DNA of 64,000 nt from Candidatus Multivoradales bacterium (GTDB lineage: Bacteria; Acidobacteriota; Thermoanaerobaculia; Multivoradales; J023). The stretch covers positions 1,344,001 through 1,408,000 of the forward strand of contig CBDFLE010000005.1 of the NCBI GenBank assembly GCA_965248925.1, in the 5' to 3' direction. The position numbers were made by a program, and so were the translations under genes. Shown here piece after piece: positions 28,030 to 37,853 of the stretch (the stretch's first letter is position 1; every line of letters starts with the position of its first letter). The notes beneath the pieces are model-generated. The model was given only the letters and a program-made list of their open reading frames with translations, was not told the DNA's origin and did no database searches.

Positions 28030-28863
28030 TCAGCTGTTGCCGATTTTGACCATCTCGACATCAAATACCAATAAACCCTGAGGATTGTTGGTCCAGCTGC
28101 CGTCGTTGAGGTGCGCGGGAATCCAGAAGCGGCGCGACTCACCCTCGACCATGGTTTGCAGACATTCCGCGAAAGCCGGCATCACTGCTTCGAGCAAGAA
28201 AAGGGTCGGCCGTTGGCGCGGCGCCGAAGAGTCGAAGGTCTTGCCGTCGGCGGTCCAGCCAGTGTAGCTGATCAACACTCCGCCGGCCGTGGCCTTAGTT
28301 TCGCCTTTGCCTGGTTCCAAGATCAGAGTGCTAGCACCGCTCTCGGTACGCACGGCCGTGGCGGGAATTTCGGTCGGATCCGCCGGCGCATTGGGCAACC
28401 GCAGAATGCCTTTGAGTTCGACATCAAAGATCACCGAACCGCGCGGGCCTTCAGCGGGTTTCTGCGGTGCCAACTCAGCGGGAATCCACAGCCGACGGGT
28501 CTCATTCAGCACCATCAGCCGGATGCCCTCGGTCCAGCCAGGAAAGGTCTGCTGCAAGTTGAAGGTATGCAAGCCATTCTTGAATTGGCGCGAACTCGTG
28601 AACTCGGCACCAGCTGGCGTCCAACCGGTGTAGCTCACCACCACCATGTCGTTGGCGTCGGGGCGGTAGTCACCGTCACCCGGCCTCAGCACTTGGCTGA
28701 CCAAGCCCGAAGGTGAATGTACCGCCGCGGCCGGCGGGCTGCGCAAATCCTCGTCGCTGGGTCCGTCGGCGGCCAAGACCGTAGCGGGCACGAGCAGGGT
28801 CAGAAGGGAGACGGTGCTGAGCACAGCAGCGGTAGAAGTTGAGTTTCTTAGCTTGTTCATCAT
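28030..28863 (-). CDS. FKBP-type peptidyl-prolyl isomerase, two FKBP domains, exported
   Basis: Signal peptide; two copies of SG...L.PG.G...YTGWT..G..F.SS...M..GE.RR.WIP...FDVE. Confidence 0.9.
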   Translation of the reverse strand: MMNKLRNSTSTAAVLSTVSLLTLLVPATVLAADGPSDEDLRSPPAAAVHSPSGLVSQVLRPGDGDYRPDANDMVVVSYTGWTPAGAEFTSSRQFKNGLHTFNLQQTFPGWTEGIRLMVLNETRRLWIPAELAPQKPAEGPRGSVIFDVELKGILRLPNAPADPTEIPATAVRTESGASTLILEPGKGETKATAGGVLISYTGWTADGKTFDSSAPRQRPTLFLLEAVMPAFAECLQTMVEGESRRFWIPAHLNDGSWTNNPQGLLVFDVEMVKIGNS

Positions 28864-28923
28864 CACCTGGGGAAAATACCGAGTCCATCCACCCGACCGC
28901 AAGCAGGTGGCCGTTCCTGGCGG

Positions 28924-29688
28924 TCAAGCGCCTGTAAAAAGGGCTAGCGAAGGCACCCCAAAGGCCTGTTCGAGGGCTCGCTGCTGCACCAGTTCCGCCG
29001 GCTGACCACAGATCAGGTGGCCAGCCTTATCGATCAACCACAACCGATCGGCGGTGCCGAGGGCGAAGTCCAGATCGTGGGTCGAGAGCACCACCGCCCG
29101 ATCTTCGGCAGTACTCGCCACCTGGCGCAGCAGGCCACCGATTTCGTATCGGCCCGGCAGATCGAGAAAGGCAGTGGGCTCGTCGAGCAGCAGGACTTTG
29201 GGTTCTTGCGCCAAAGCGCGGGCGATCATCGATTTCTGCCGCTCGCCATCACTGAGTGATTCAAGGGTACGTGTTGCCAACTCCGCGATGCCGACTTGAT
29301 CGACAGCTCGAGCCACCGCGGCGCGGTCAGTGGCGGTGAAGCGGCCACTCCAATCAGTGTGCGGATACCGTCCCAGGGCCACCAACTCGGCGACGGTCAT
29401 GGCACCCAGGGCCAGTGGCTCCGCCAGCAAGATCGCCACCCGTCGCGCCAGTTGACGAATGGACAGCAAACCCAACTCGGCCCCCTCGATCTCGACCTGC
29501 CCCGCGAGCGGCTTTTGAGTGCCGGCCAAAGTGCGCAACAAGGTCGACTTGCCACAACCATTCGGCCCCAGTAGGCAGACTAATTCCCCAGCCCGTAGCT
29601 CGACCTCTATCCCTTCGAGCACCCGGCGCTGGCGGCGACCGGAGACATAGCCCGCTGCCAATCGACGAGCCTGAAGCAAAACGCTCAA
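28924..29688 (-). CDS. btuD: Cobalamin/iron-chelate ABC transporter ATPase
   Basis: GPNGCGKST, LSDGERQK, LLLDEPT, STHD; last gene of the riboswitch operon. Confidence 0.85.
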   Translation of the reverse strand: MSVLLQARRLAAGYVSGRRQRRVLEGIEVELRAGELVCLLGPNGCGKSTLLRTLAGTQKPLAGQVEIEGAELGLLSIRQLARRVAILLAEPLALGAMTVAELVALGRYPHTDWSGRFTATDRAAVARAVDQVGIAELATRTLESLSDGERQKSMIARALAQEPKVLLLDEPTAFLDLPGRYEIGGLLRQVASTAEDRAVVLSTHDLDFALGTADRLWLIDKAGHLICGQPAELVQQRALEQAFGVPSLALFTGA

Positions 29689-30725
29689 CGCAGCCCGCCG
29701 GCGGCCGAGCGGCGGCGTAGGATCACCCAGGCGATCACTGGTGTGCCCACCAGGGCGGTCACCGCATTGAGCGGCAGCACCCCCTCGCGACCCGGCATCT
29801 GCGCCAATAGGTCGGCCAGCAACGCCACCGCCGAACCGGTCAGGGCCACCGCCGGCAACAGCAGACGATGGTCAGAGCTGGCGAGCAAACCACGGCCGAG
29901 ATGCGGCACCGCCACACCGAGAAAGCCCACCGGCCCGCAGAAGGCCGTCACCGTACCGGCCAAAAGAGCGGTCGCTAGAATCACCCACAGCCGTGCCGCC
30001 GCCACCGCCAAACCCAGGCTCCGAGCATAGCGTTCGCCCAACATCAGAGCGTTGAGCGGCTTGGCCGCTAGGCCGGCAATCACCAGGCCGAGAGCCAAAG
30101 CCGGCGCCAGAATCCACAGCTGCTGCCGAGTAACACCGCCAAAACTGCCAAAAGTCCAGGTCAGATAAGCCTGCACCCGTTCGGCGGCGCTCCAATGCAG
30201 TAACAAGGTGACCAAAGCGCCCGCAGCGTAGCCGATCAACACCCCGAGGATCAGCAGAGTCAAGGTCGACACTCGGCGCGAAGCCGCCATCACCATGGCC
30301 AGCACCGCCAAAGCTCCCAGGCTAGCCGCCACCACGGTACCGACAGCCCCCCCCGCACCGGCCAGCAGGCCCAGCCCGGCGCCAGAAGCCAGCACCACCA
30401 GAGCCACCCCCAGACTGGCCCCTGCCGACAGCCCGAGCACATAAGGTCCAGCCAGTGGGTTGCGAAAAAGGGTCTGCATCAGCAGCCCACTGACCGCCAG
30501 CGCTGCGCCCGCCAGCAAGGCGGTCAGTGCTCGCGGCAGCCGCAAGTCGAGCACGATCAAGCGCCAGGAGGGCTCACGGGGCTGACCACCGCGCAACACC
30601 TCGAACACTTGATCCGGTGGGATCGACACCGAGCCGGCCGCCAGGTGCAGCACCAAGAGCACCGCCACCGCCAGCAGCAGCAGCAGCAGCACGGCAAAGG
30701 GCCGCCGGCGGCCAGACTCAGCCAT
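29685..30725 (-). CDS. btuC: FecCD/BtuC-family permease
   Basis: LRLPRAL, MQTLFRNPLAGPYVLG, GERYARSLG, GPVGFLGVAVPH. Confidence 0.87.
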   Translation of the reverse strand: MAESGRRRPFAVLLLLLLAVAVLLVLHLAAGSVSIPPDQVFEVLRGGQPREPSWRLIVLDLRLPRALTALLAGAALAVSGLLMQTLFRNPLAGPYVLGLSAGASLGVALVVLASGAGLGLLAGAGGAVGTVVAASLGALAVLAMVMAASRRVSTLTLLILGVLIGYAAGALVTLLLHWSAAERVQAYLTWTFGSFGGVTRQQLWILAPALALGLVIAGLAAKPLNALMLGERYARSLGLAVAAARLWVILATALLAGTVTAFCGPVGFLGVAVPHLGRGLLASSDHRLLLPAVALTGSAVALLADLLAQMPGREGVLPLNAVTALVGTPVIAWVILRRRSAAGGLR

Positions 30726-32046
30726 CACCAACCTTTAGCCGGCGATGAAAAACCATCTGGTGCTCGGCCAGCAGCTCGGGATGGAGAATCGCCACTAGGT
30801 CGGCCAGCACCCAATCAGGCCGTAGGGAGCCAGCCTCCCAATAGGCATTGCCACCATGGGGTCCACGGCGGGCATCGTTTCCCCACACCTGGCCGGTGGC
30901 AAAAGCAGCAAAAGCGGCATAGCGCTGATCGGCCACGCGCAGCGCCTGCAGCGAAGGATAGTCACTGGGATGCAGCCAAATCTCGGCCGCGGCGGCCCGC
31001 GCCACCACACTCTCCAGATCCAACGCTAGGCTGCCACTGGAGAGATCGTTCCGCCACGGATAGGAGGCGCCGGCATCGTTGAGCAAGCGGGCCATGAAGC
31101 TGCGACCCCCCGGCACGTACCAGGTGCTACCGAGGGCGGCGCCGGTCAGCACCGTCGGCCGGTGCGCGAGTTCCGCCACTTTCTGGGCAAGCTCCAAGTA
31201 GCGCTTCTCGATCGGTCCAAAGACCTCCTCTGCCCGCTCTTCGAGATCGAAAAACGCCGCTGTCAGCTTAATCCACTCGGCGCGACCCAGCGGTGACGTT
31301 TCGAGGTAGGAAGGCACCAAAACAACGGCAATCCCAGCGTCGCGCAGGCGGCTCAAATCAGTATTGCGGATGCCGCCGGCACTCTGGGTCAGCAAGAGGT
31401 CCGGCGCCAAGGCCAGCAGACGCTCCACATCGAGCCGTGCCCCGCTACCGATCTCAACCAGCTCACCGCTCTCGGCCCGCTGCAGGACCGCCGCTGAAGT
31501 CACCCAATCGAGTTCGTCGTGTCCCACCAGGCGCTCTACCAGACCCAGCTCCACCAGATGCGGCAATTCAGTGGTTGAAGTGGTCACCACTCGCGCGATC
31601 GGCAGTTCGACCAGCTGCGCTCCTCTAAGCGCTGGTGGCGGTCCACCACAGACCACCAATAAGTAGTGCTTCAGACTCGCCTCGCCAGCCGCTGGATCGT
31701 CAACTTCGATACGTTTCCAATGGCGCCCGTAGGTGATCCCGAACCCGCTAGCGTGTCTGATCTCGGCCCGGTGGGGAAAGTAATCGAACTCGGGATCGAA
31801 TGGTCTGGCACAGGGCCGCGATGCCTCGGCCGGCCGTGAATCGAGCGCACCGCCACACCCCATCAGTCCTATCAACAAACAAGCAACGCCAAAGAACCAC
31901 CAGGAACCGAAGGTGGCTGACCAATCCAGGCAGCTGGTCGGGGAGCACGGCGTGCGCCCGCGGCGTGCACAACCACCGCCGATCGACGAGGGCGCACCAC
32001 CGTGCGCCCCGACGAACGAACCTGAAAAATCTCGGTGGTTTCCCAA
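30718..32046 (-). CDS. btuF: Periplasmic cobalamin-binding lipoprotein (start uncertain)
   Basis: Lipobox LIGLMG-C; YLETSPLGRAEWIK; YWEAGSLRPDWVLADL. Confidence 0.82.
   Translation of the reverse strand: MGNHRDFSGSFVGAHGGAPSSIGGGCARRGRTPCSPTSCLDWSATFGSWWFFGVACLLIGLMGCGGALDSRPAEASRPCARPFDPEFDYFPHRAEIRHASGFGITYGRHWKRIEVDDPAAGEASLKHYLLVVCGGPPPALRGAQLVELPIARVVTTSTTELPHLVELGLVERLVGHDELDWVTSAAVLQRAESGELVEIGSGARLDVERLLALAPDLLLTQSAGGIRNTDLSRLRDAGIAVVLVPSYLETSPLGRAEWIKLTAAFFDLEERAEEVFGPIEKRYLELAQKVAELAHRPTVLTGAALGSTWYVPGGRSFMARLLNDAGASYPWRNDLSSGSLALDLESVVARAAAAEIWLHPSDYPSLQALRVADQRYAAFAAFATGQVWGNDARRGPHGGNAYWEAGSLRPDWVLADLVAILHPELLAEHQMVFHRRLKVGDG
31937..32013. repeat. Degenerate REPIN (two inverted REP palindromes)
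   Basis: GTCGGGGAGCACGGCGTGCGCCC ... GGGCGCACCACCGTGCGCCCCGAC; same family as the REPs at 59227 and 59305. Confidence 0.7.
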
Positions 32047-32052
32047 AACGCT

Positions 32053-33954
32053 CTAAAACGTCAAGCTCACACCCACCGCCCCCACCACTCCGGGACTGGT
32101 GAAGCCGGGAATTTCCTCGTAGTCCTCGTCTAAAGCATTTTCTAGCCGCAGATAAGGTTCGGCGCGCTGACTCAGACGGTACCCCAGGGCCAGATCGAGC
32201 CGGCTGTAGTCATCTATCTCCGAGCCATTGCTGTCGATCCGGTCGGCCACCGAACTAAGCACCGCGCTAAGCCGCCAGTGATCGCCCAGTCTGCCGTCGA
32301 TCTGTAGCGTACCGCGGTGTTTGGGGCGACGCGGTAGAGGCGCGCCAGTGGCCTCATCCTCGGTGTCATTCCAGGTGTAGGAAAGATCGATACCCCAGCT
32401 CGGCGCCGGCCGCAGGCCCAAGCCTAGTTCGATCCCATCAGAACTCGCCGAGGCCAGATTCTCAGGCCGGAAGGCCACCTGGTCAAAGACGATCAGATCG
32501 TCGAAATCGAGTGAGAACCAAGTCAGATCGAGGGTTACCCGATCGCCGGCAAAGCGCTTCTCCAAGCCGATATCCCAACCACTGCTGGTCTCGGGCACCA
32601 GATCGGGGTTGCTGAAAAACGGAAAGAAAAGATCGTTGAAGGTCGGCGCCTTGAAACCCGTGCCCCAGCTCAGGCGGAGCCGCGTGTCCCGCGCCGGCCA
32701 GGCGGTCGTAGCGCTTAGCCGGTAGGTGGTCTCACCGCCAAACTCGGAGTGATCATCGTGACGAACGCCAGCGGTCAAATGCCCCTGCTGGCCAAGGGTG
32801 AAGCGTCCTTCGACGAAGGCCGAATCGATATCGACTTGCTGATCGAAGTTGCCCACCGACACTCCGTCGCGGCGCTCGCTCTGCAGCCCCAGGCTGAAGG
32901 CGCCATCGGCGTTGAACTCGAAATCGCTCTGCAAGGAAAAAGAACTCACCTCGCTATCGACCCGGAAGTTGCTGAAGAAATCCGCCGGATCAGAGCCGAT
33001 CAGCCGCTCATCGACCACCCCCAGGCTCAGCGAGTGAGTCCAGCGATTACTCGGCGACAGCTGCACCCGCAAGCGGGCCGACAGCGCTTCGCGGTCTTGC
33101 AGCCGGTCAAGGGCATCGACCGGCCCGACGCCAAAAGCAAAGCCGTCGGTCGCTACCTGACTAGCGAAGCGCCGCAAGGACAAGTCGGCACGCCCCTGAG
33201 CGGAAAAATCCAATCCTAGACGCGCCGATTGACTACTCGATTCCCAGGGATCGACTTCGCTATTGCCCCGCGACTCCTGCGCCGCCGACACCCCGTCGAC
33301 CTCGAGTTCCGAGGCCGACAGCCGGTAATCGAAGGGCCCCTGGCTGCCCGCCACGCCAGCACGCAGCCGCAGAAGGTCGTCCGACCCGGCCTCGCCAAGA
33401 GCATTCCAGGTGATCCCCGGCCCGCCCTTCTTAGTCACCAGCTGGATCACGCCGGTCATCGCTTCAGAGCCGTGAACCGTGCTCTGCGGCCCGCGCACCA
33501 CCTCCAGGCGCTCGATATCCAGGCTTTGCAAGTCGGCCAGATCATACGCGCCAGTGGTGGCGCTGTTGGCTCGTTGGCCATCGATCAAGACCAAGGTCTG
33601 CGACGAACTACCGCCGCGCAAGAAAGCACTGGTGACCTGGCCATAGCCGCCACTGCGAGCAATCTCGAGTCCCGGCACGGTGCGGAGCAAGTCGGCAACG
33701 CTGGGTTGGCGGCGAGCTTCGATCTGCTCGGCCGAGATGACCGTCACCGACGAACCGGCCTCGTCCCGCGGCCGCTCAGTGCGATCGGCGGTAACGATGA
33801 TCTGCTCTTCGATCACCGGCTGATCAATAGTCTCAGAAGCGGTTGATTCAGCTGCAAGGATGGTGGGCGACTGCAACCCTAGAAACAAAGCAAACAAGCT
33901 GCAGGCAAGCAAGAACAGCCGCTGATGCGGCATCGTGAGTGCCCCATGATTCAT
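32053..33954 (-). CDS. btuB: TonB-dependent cobalamin receptor
   Basis: TonB box IIVTADR, plug IERLEVVRGPQSTVHGS, FKAPTFNDL, C-terminal F; downstream of a B12 riboswitch. Confidence 0.9.
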   Translation of the reverse strand: MNHGALTMPHQRLFLLACSLFALFLGLQSPTILAAESTASETIDQPVIEEQIIVTADRTERPRDEAGSSVTVISAEQIEARRQPSVADLLRTVPGLEIARSGGYGQVTSAFLRGGSSSQTLVLIDGQRANSATTGAYDLADLQSLDIERLEVVRGPQSTVHGSEAMTGVIQLVTKKGGPGITWNALGEAGSDDLLRLRAGVAGSQGPFDYRLSASELEVDGVSAAQESRGNSEVDPWESSSQSARLGLDFSAQGRADLSLRRFASQVATDGFAFGVGPVDALDRLQDREALSARLRVQLSPSNRWTHSLSLGVVDERLIGSDPADFFSNFRVDSEVSSFSLQSDFEFNADGAFSLGLQSERRDGVSVGNFDQQVDIDSAFVEGRFTLGQQGHLTAGVRHDDHSEFGGETTYRLSATTAWPARDTRLRLSWGTGFKAPTFNDLFFPFFSNPDLVPETSSGWDIGLEKRFAGDRVTLDLTWFSLDFDDLIVFDQVAFRPENLASASSDGIELGLGLRPAPSWGIDLSYTWNDTEDEATGAPLPRRPKHRGTLQIDGRLGDHWRLSAVLSSVADRIDSNGSEIDDYSRLDLALGYRLSQRAEPYLRLENALDEDYEEIPGFTSPGVVGAVGVSLTF

Positions 33955-34029
33955 GGGAGGCTCCTTTCCCCCTCGGGAAATCAGGCTCTCGGCTGGAGAT
34001 CAATGGCTGAACCCGGCCAAGGCCTGAGG

Positions 34030-34125
34030 CGTCCGGGGGAGGTATCTGGCTCGCGCCACTCGCAAGTAGCGCTTACAGTCGCGGGGCGGCGGGAGATTCT
34101 CACTCCACTTCCCTACATCCCGGGG
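34030..34125 (-). promoter_or_regulatory. Cobalamin riboswitch (compact form)
   Basis: Minus strand: AGGGAAgtGGAGTGAGAATCTCCcGCCGCCCCGCGACTGTAA...GAGCCAGATACC (GGGAA, T-loop, GCCCCGCxACTGT, B12 box), directly upstream of btuB. Confidence 0.88.
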
Positions 34126-34215
34126 CGGCCTCTGGTTGTTGTCATACAACCACCGGACGAACGTCCAGTGGTTGCTTCAATGGCAAGCTATCACAGGCAA
34201 GATGAAGAAACTCTG

Positions 34216-36924
34216 TTACGGCGGCAAGCAAACATCCACCGCTGGCGGGAAGCCAAAATCGGCGCCCCGGTTGTCGACGCAGATCAGGCCGATGGCGCAT
34301 TCAGCGTCGTTGTCGCAATCGCCTTCTCCTTCGCCGCAAGGGCCGCATTCGGTGCAGTAACGGCCATTGCCCAGGGGTCGGCCGCAGGTGGTGCCACCGC
34401 CATCCGGCGGCAGACAAACATCCACCGCCGGTGGGAAGCCAAAATCGGCGCCGCGGTTGTCGATGCAACTCAAGCCCGCCGCGCACTCGCTATTCCGATC
34501 GCAGTCGCCCTGTCCCATGCCGCAGGGGCCGCATTCGGTACAGAAGCGGCCGTGACCCGGATGGAGCGGACAGGAGGAATCGCCACCACTGGGCAAGCAC
34601 ACATCGACCGCCGGGGCGAAACCGAAGTCGGCACCGCGATTGTCGAAGCAAGCCAAGCCGACGGCGCATTCGGCATCGTTGTCGCAATCACCTTCGCCGG
34701 CAACACAAGGGCCGCACAGAGCGCAGAACGGCCCGCTGCCGAGATTCGCCGGGCACCCTCCACCATCCGGCGGTTGACCGCCACCAGGCAAGGAGGTGGA
34801 CCACACTCCGCGGCCCAGGGTCGAGACCAGCAAGCGGTCGTGGACCGTGTCGACCAGCAGATCCTGCACTGGAGCGGTCGGCAAGCCGGTGCCATAGGGC
34901 TGCCAGCTAACGCCATCATCGCTAGAGGCGAATACCCCCCGATCGCCACCAGCTAGCAGCACCCGGCCACCACTGGCCCGATGCACCGCCACCGTGGTGA
35001 AGGGAGCGTCGGGCAGCCCGCCGCCGACCGTCCGCCAGCTGACGCCACCGTTATTGGTGGCCAGGATGCGCTCGCCACCGAAACGTGCCACCGCTACCCA
35101 GGCGGCGTCGGCGTCCTGGGGATCCACCGCGATTTGGCGCATCACCCGCGGCCAGCCAAAGACCCCTTCGCGACGCAGGGTCCAGGTCGTACCCCGGTCA
35201 TTGCTGACCATCAGCCGGTCGTCGTTGGTCACCGCATAGACCCGCGTGTTATCCCCCGGCGCGATCTGCAAAGCACGCACGGCAAACGGCGCACCACTGG
35301 TGAGATCGCCGCTGATCGCGCTCCAGGTCAAGCCGCGGTCGGTGGACTCGTAGATCCGGTGGGTGGCGTAGAGCATGCGCTCGGGATCGGCCGGGTCGAT
35401 GACGAAAGGCGGCAAGAAACAGCTGCGATCGTTACCACTGATGCCGTTGCTGCTCTGGTTGACGCTAGCGTTGGCAAGATTTAGCCGCCACAGATTGGCG
35501 GCGCCTTGGAACTCCACGAACCACAGATCAGGGTCGCTAGGATGGATCAAAGTGTAGCCACCGTCACCACCAAAGACCGCATCCCACTGCCGCCCAACAC
35601 CACTGCGCACCAACGTGCCGTTATCCTGCAAGCCGGCCAACATCACTTGCGGGTCAGTGGGGTGAACCGATAGCCCAGCGTAGATCTGCGACGTACCGAG
35701 GTTGCTGTTCAAACTCGACCAGTTGGCGCCGAGATCGCTCGAACGGAAGATCCCGCCATCGGTGGCCACCATCAGCCGTCCCTGCAAATCGAAGTCGATA
35801 TCGTGCAGGTCGACGTGCGGCGGAGTGATGGTCTGCCAAGTGCGACCACGGTCGCGACTGATCAGCATCTGCACCCCGCCCACCAGCACCGTGTCGGGAT
35901 CGGTGGGATGCACCGCGATGGCGGCGTTGTAACCTCCTTGCTGCCCCATGAAGTTGTCGGGCACGAACCGTCGCCAGGTGTTACCCCCGTCATCAGAGCG
36001 GTAAACCCCGAAGCTCGAGGCTCCTCCGGGCAAGAAACCACCGAGAAAAACGCGATCTGTCGGCTGCACCATAAGGGCGTAGATACGGCGCGGTAGAGAT
36101 GGCGAGATCGCCAGGGTGATCCGGCCGACGCGGGCCCCGTTGAGTTCCGGAAGCAGCCTGCTGAAGCTGGCGCCTCCGTCAGTGCTGCGATAGACGCCGT
36201 TCCGAGAATCGCCAAACACCTCACCGAAACTGACGAAGATCCGCCCCGGATTCGCCGGATCGAGGTCGACATCGCTGGCCGGCAGGGCCGGTAGCCCATT
36301 GCGAATCCGCTGCCAGCTACGGCCAGCGTTGGTCGAGCGGAACAGGCCCGTCTGGCCACCCCTGCCAGGATGCAGCCGTGCGCCTTCGGTACCTTCTGAA
36401 GTGCCACCGGCGGTGTTCACCGCCGCCCACAGCAAATTGCCATTGGCGGGTGAGATCGCCAGCTCAGAAAATGTCCGGCCGGCAAAGGTATCGGCCGCCA
36501 GAACTTGCCAATTGCGGCCGCCGTTGGCGCTCTTGTAGAGACCCAAACCGTAGAGGCTGTGGTAGGCGTGGTTGGCCTCGCCAGAGCCGGCATAAATGAG
36601 GTCTTCGTTCTGTGGATCCAAGGCCAAAGCGCCAATCGCCGGTATCGGCAAGCCATCGCCCAAGGGGCGCCAAGTACCACCGTCATTCCGCGACACCCAC
36701 ACGCCACCGGAAGCAGCGCCAGCGAAGATCAAACCCTCGTCCCGCCGACTCAAAGCCAGTGAGCTGAAGCGACCAGCATTCAAGGTGCTATTGACCAACG
36801 GCGAAGGTCCAAGTTCGCGCCATTGCTGGGCCGCGATCGGAGCGGCTAACAAGCTGGTGAGAACTAGCACCACTGTTGAAGCCAAACTACCTAGAACCGC
36901 TGTTCGCCGGTTTGAGTACCCCAT
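34216..36924 (-). CDS. Secreted BNR/VPS10-like beta-propeller protein with three C-terminal Cys-rich repeats
   Basis: Signal peptide; many SxDxGxTW Asp-boxes; GLQDNGT, GGDG; 3x CGPCxxGEGDCDxxxECxxGLxCxDNRGADFGFxPAVDVC. Confidence 0.85.
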   Translation of the reverse strand: MGYSNRRTAVLGSLASTVVLVLTSLLAAPIAAQQWRELGPSPLVNSTLNAGRFSSLALSRRDEGLIFAGAASGGVWVSRNDGGTWRPLGDGLPIPAIGALALDPQNEDLIYAGSGEANHAYHSLYGLGLYKSANGGRNWQVLAADTFAGRTFSELAISPANGNLLWAAVNTAGGTSEGTEGARLHPGRGGQTGLFRSTNAGRSWQRIRNGLPALPASDVDLDPANPGRIFVSFGEVFGDSRNGVYRSTDGGASFSRLLPELNGARVGRITLAISPSLPRRIYALMVQPTDRVFLGGFLPGGASSFGVYRSDDGGNTWRRFVPDNFMGQQGGYNAAIAVHPTDPDTVLVGGVQMLISRDRGRTWQTITPPHVDLHDIDFDLQGRLMVATDGGIFRSSDLGANWSSLNSNLGTSQIYAGLSVHPTDPQVMLAGLQDNGTLVRSGVGRQWDAVFGGDGGYTLIHPSDPDLWFVEFQGAANLWRLNLANASVNQSSNGISGNDRSCFLPPFVIDPADPERMLYATHRIYESTDRGLTWSAISGDLTSGAPFAVRALQIAPGDNTRVYAVTNDDRLMVSNDRGTTWTLRREGVFGWPRVMRQIAVDPQDADAAWVAVARFGGERILATNNGGVSWRTVGGGLPDAPFTTVAVHRASGGRVLLAGGDRGVFASSDDGVSWQPYGTGLPTAPVQDLLVDTVHDRLLVSTLGRGVWSTSLPGGGQPPDGGGCPANLGSGPFCALCGPCVAGEGDCDNDAECAVGLACFDNRGADFGFAPAVDVCLPSGGDSSCPLHPGHGRFCTECGPCGMGQGDCDRNSECAAGLSCIDNRGADFGFPPAVDVCLPPDGGGTTCGRPLGNGRYCTECGPCGEGEGDCDNDAECAIGLICVDNRGADFGFPPAVDVCLPP
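34220..34760 (-). repeat. Three intragenic tandem repeats (~183-186 bp period)
   Basis: ACATC(C/G)ACCGC...AA(G/A)CC(A/G)AA(A/G)TCGGC recurs at about 34232, 34418 and 34601. Confidence 0.9.
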
Positions 36925-36926
36925 GG

Positions 36927-37679
36927 TTACCTCCCCTCCCCACTCAACCGCTGCCAGGCCGCGTCGTCCAGGACTTCGAACACCAACTCGGCCACCGACG
37001 GCTCAGCCACCGCCGAGTTCAGATGCTCAAAGCGCAAAGTCCAACGCCCAGGTCGATCGAGAGCCAGCGCGGCAATACCTACCGAGTCGGTGGTGGCCAA
37101 GTGCTTCGAACCGTCCTCGCTCTGCGCCACCAACCTGGCACCGCTCACCGAAGAGCCCTGGAAGTAGGCTCGCACCGGCAAATCAGAGCCCACCCGCAGC
37201 AGCGCCGGATTGAACAGCGGCCGCAGCTCGATCCGGCTGCCGACCTTGCTGGTCAAGACCGCCGCCGCCTGGCGCCGGGCGGCCAGAACATCGACGGCGG
37301 ATTTACCGAAACGGCAGCTAACAATCTTGATCGAACGACTCGGCCGCGCCGGGCTGGCCGGAATCGCGGCTGGCACCAGGTCAGCCAGCACCAAGACACA
37401 CCCTTGTTCTTCGAGTTGAAAATCGATCGGCTGCCCCTGGCGCAGTTTCTTGCCCGGCAGCGAGCGTTGACCGCCGAGCGAACGCACCACCAACCAGTCC
37501 ACCCGCGCTTGCTGCCAAGCCGGACTCAGCTGATCGCTCAGAACCAGCCTGCGAGCTGCCTCACTCGCTCCCTTGGGCGCCACCAACTCGACGGTGGAGG
37601 CTAGCGGGTTCCCAGCCAGGGAACTTGCCGGCGAGAGAAGCAATAGTAAACAGAATACGGTGGACAGCGATACGCGCAT
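36927..37679 (-). CDS. DUF4198-like exported protein
   Basis: Signal peptide; VGSRIELRPLFNPALLRVGSDLPVR...TTDSVGIA...PGRW. Confidence 0.6.
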   Translation of the reverse strand: MRVSLSTVFCLLLLLSPASSLAGNPLASTVELVAPKGASEAARRLVLSDQLSPAWQQARVDWLVVRSLGGQRSLPGKKLRQGQPIDFQLEEQGCVLVLADLVPAAIPASPARPSRSIKIVSCRFGKSAVDVLAARRQAAAVLTSKVGSRIELRPLFNPALLRVGSDLPVRAYFQGSSVSGARLVAQSEDGSKHLATTDSVGIAALALDRPGRWTLRFEHLNSAVAEPSVAELVFEVLDDAAWQRLSGEGR

Positions 37680-37853
37680 AATGAGGCCTCGTCAACGAAT
37701 TCAACCCATGATTGGCCACCAAAAGGGTAGCGAAACCCACCCTGCACTGCCAGCGCTCAGGGCCGAAAGAGAGCCAGCGGGGGACGACCAGTCAGCGCCC
37801 AGGTGTCGCACGCCTCAGCAGGACCCTGCCGTTGGATCCAGAGACCGCCGCCA

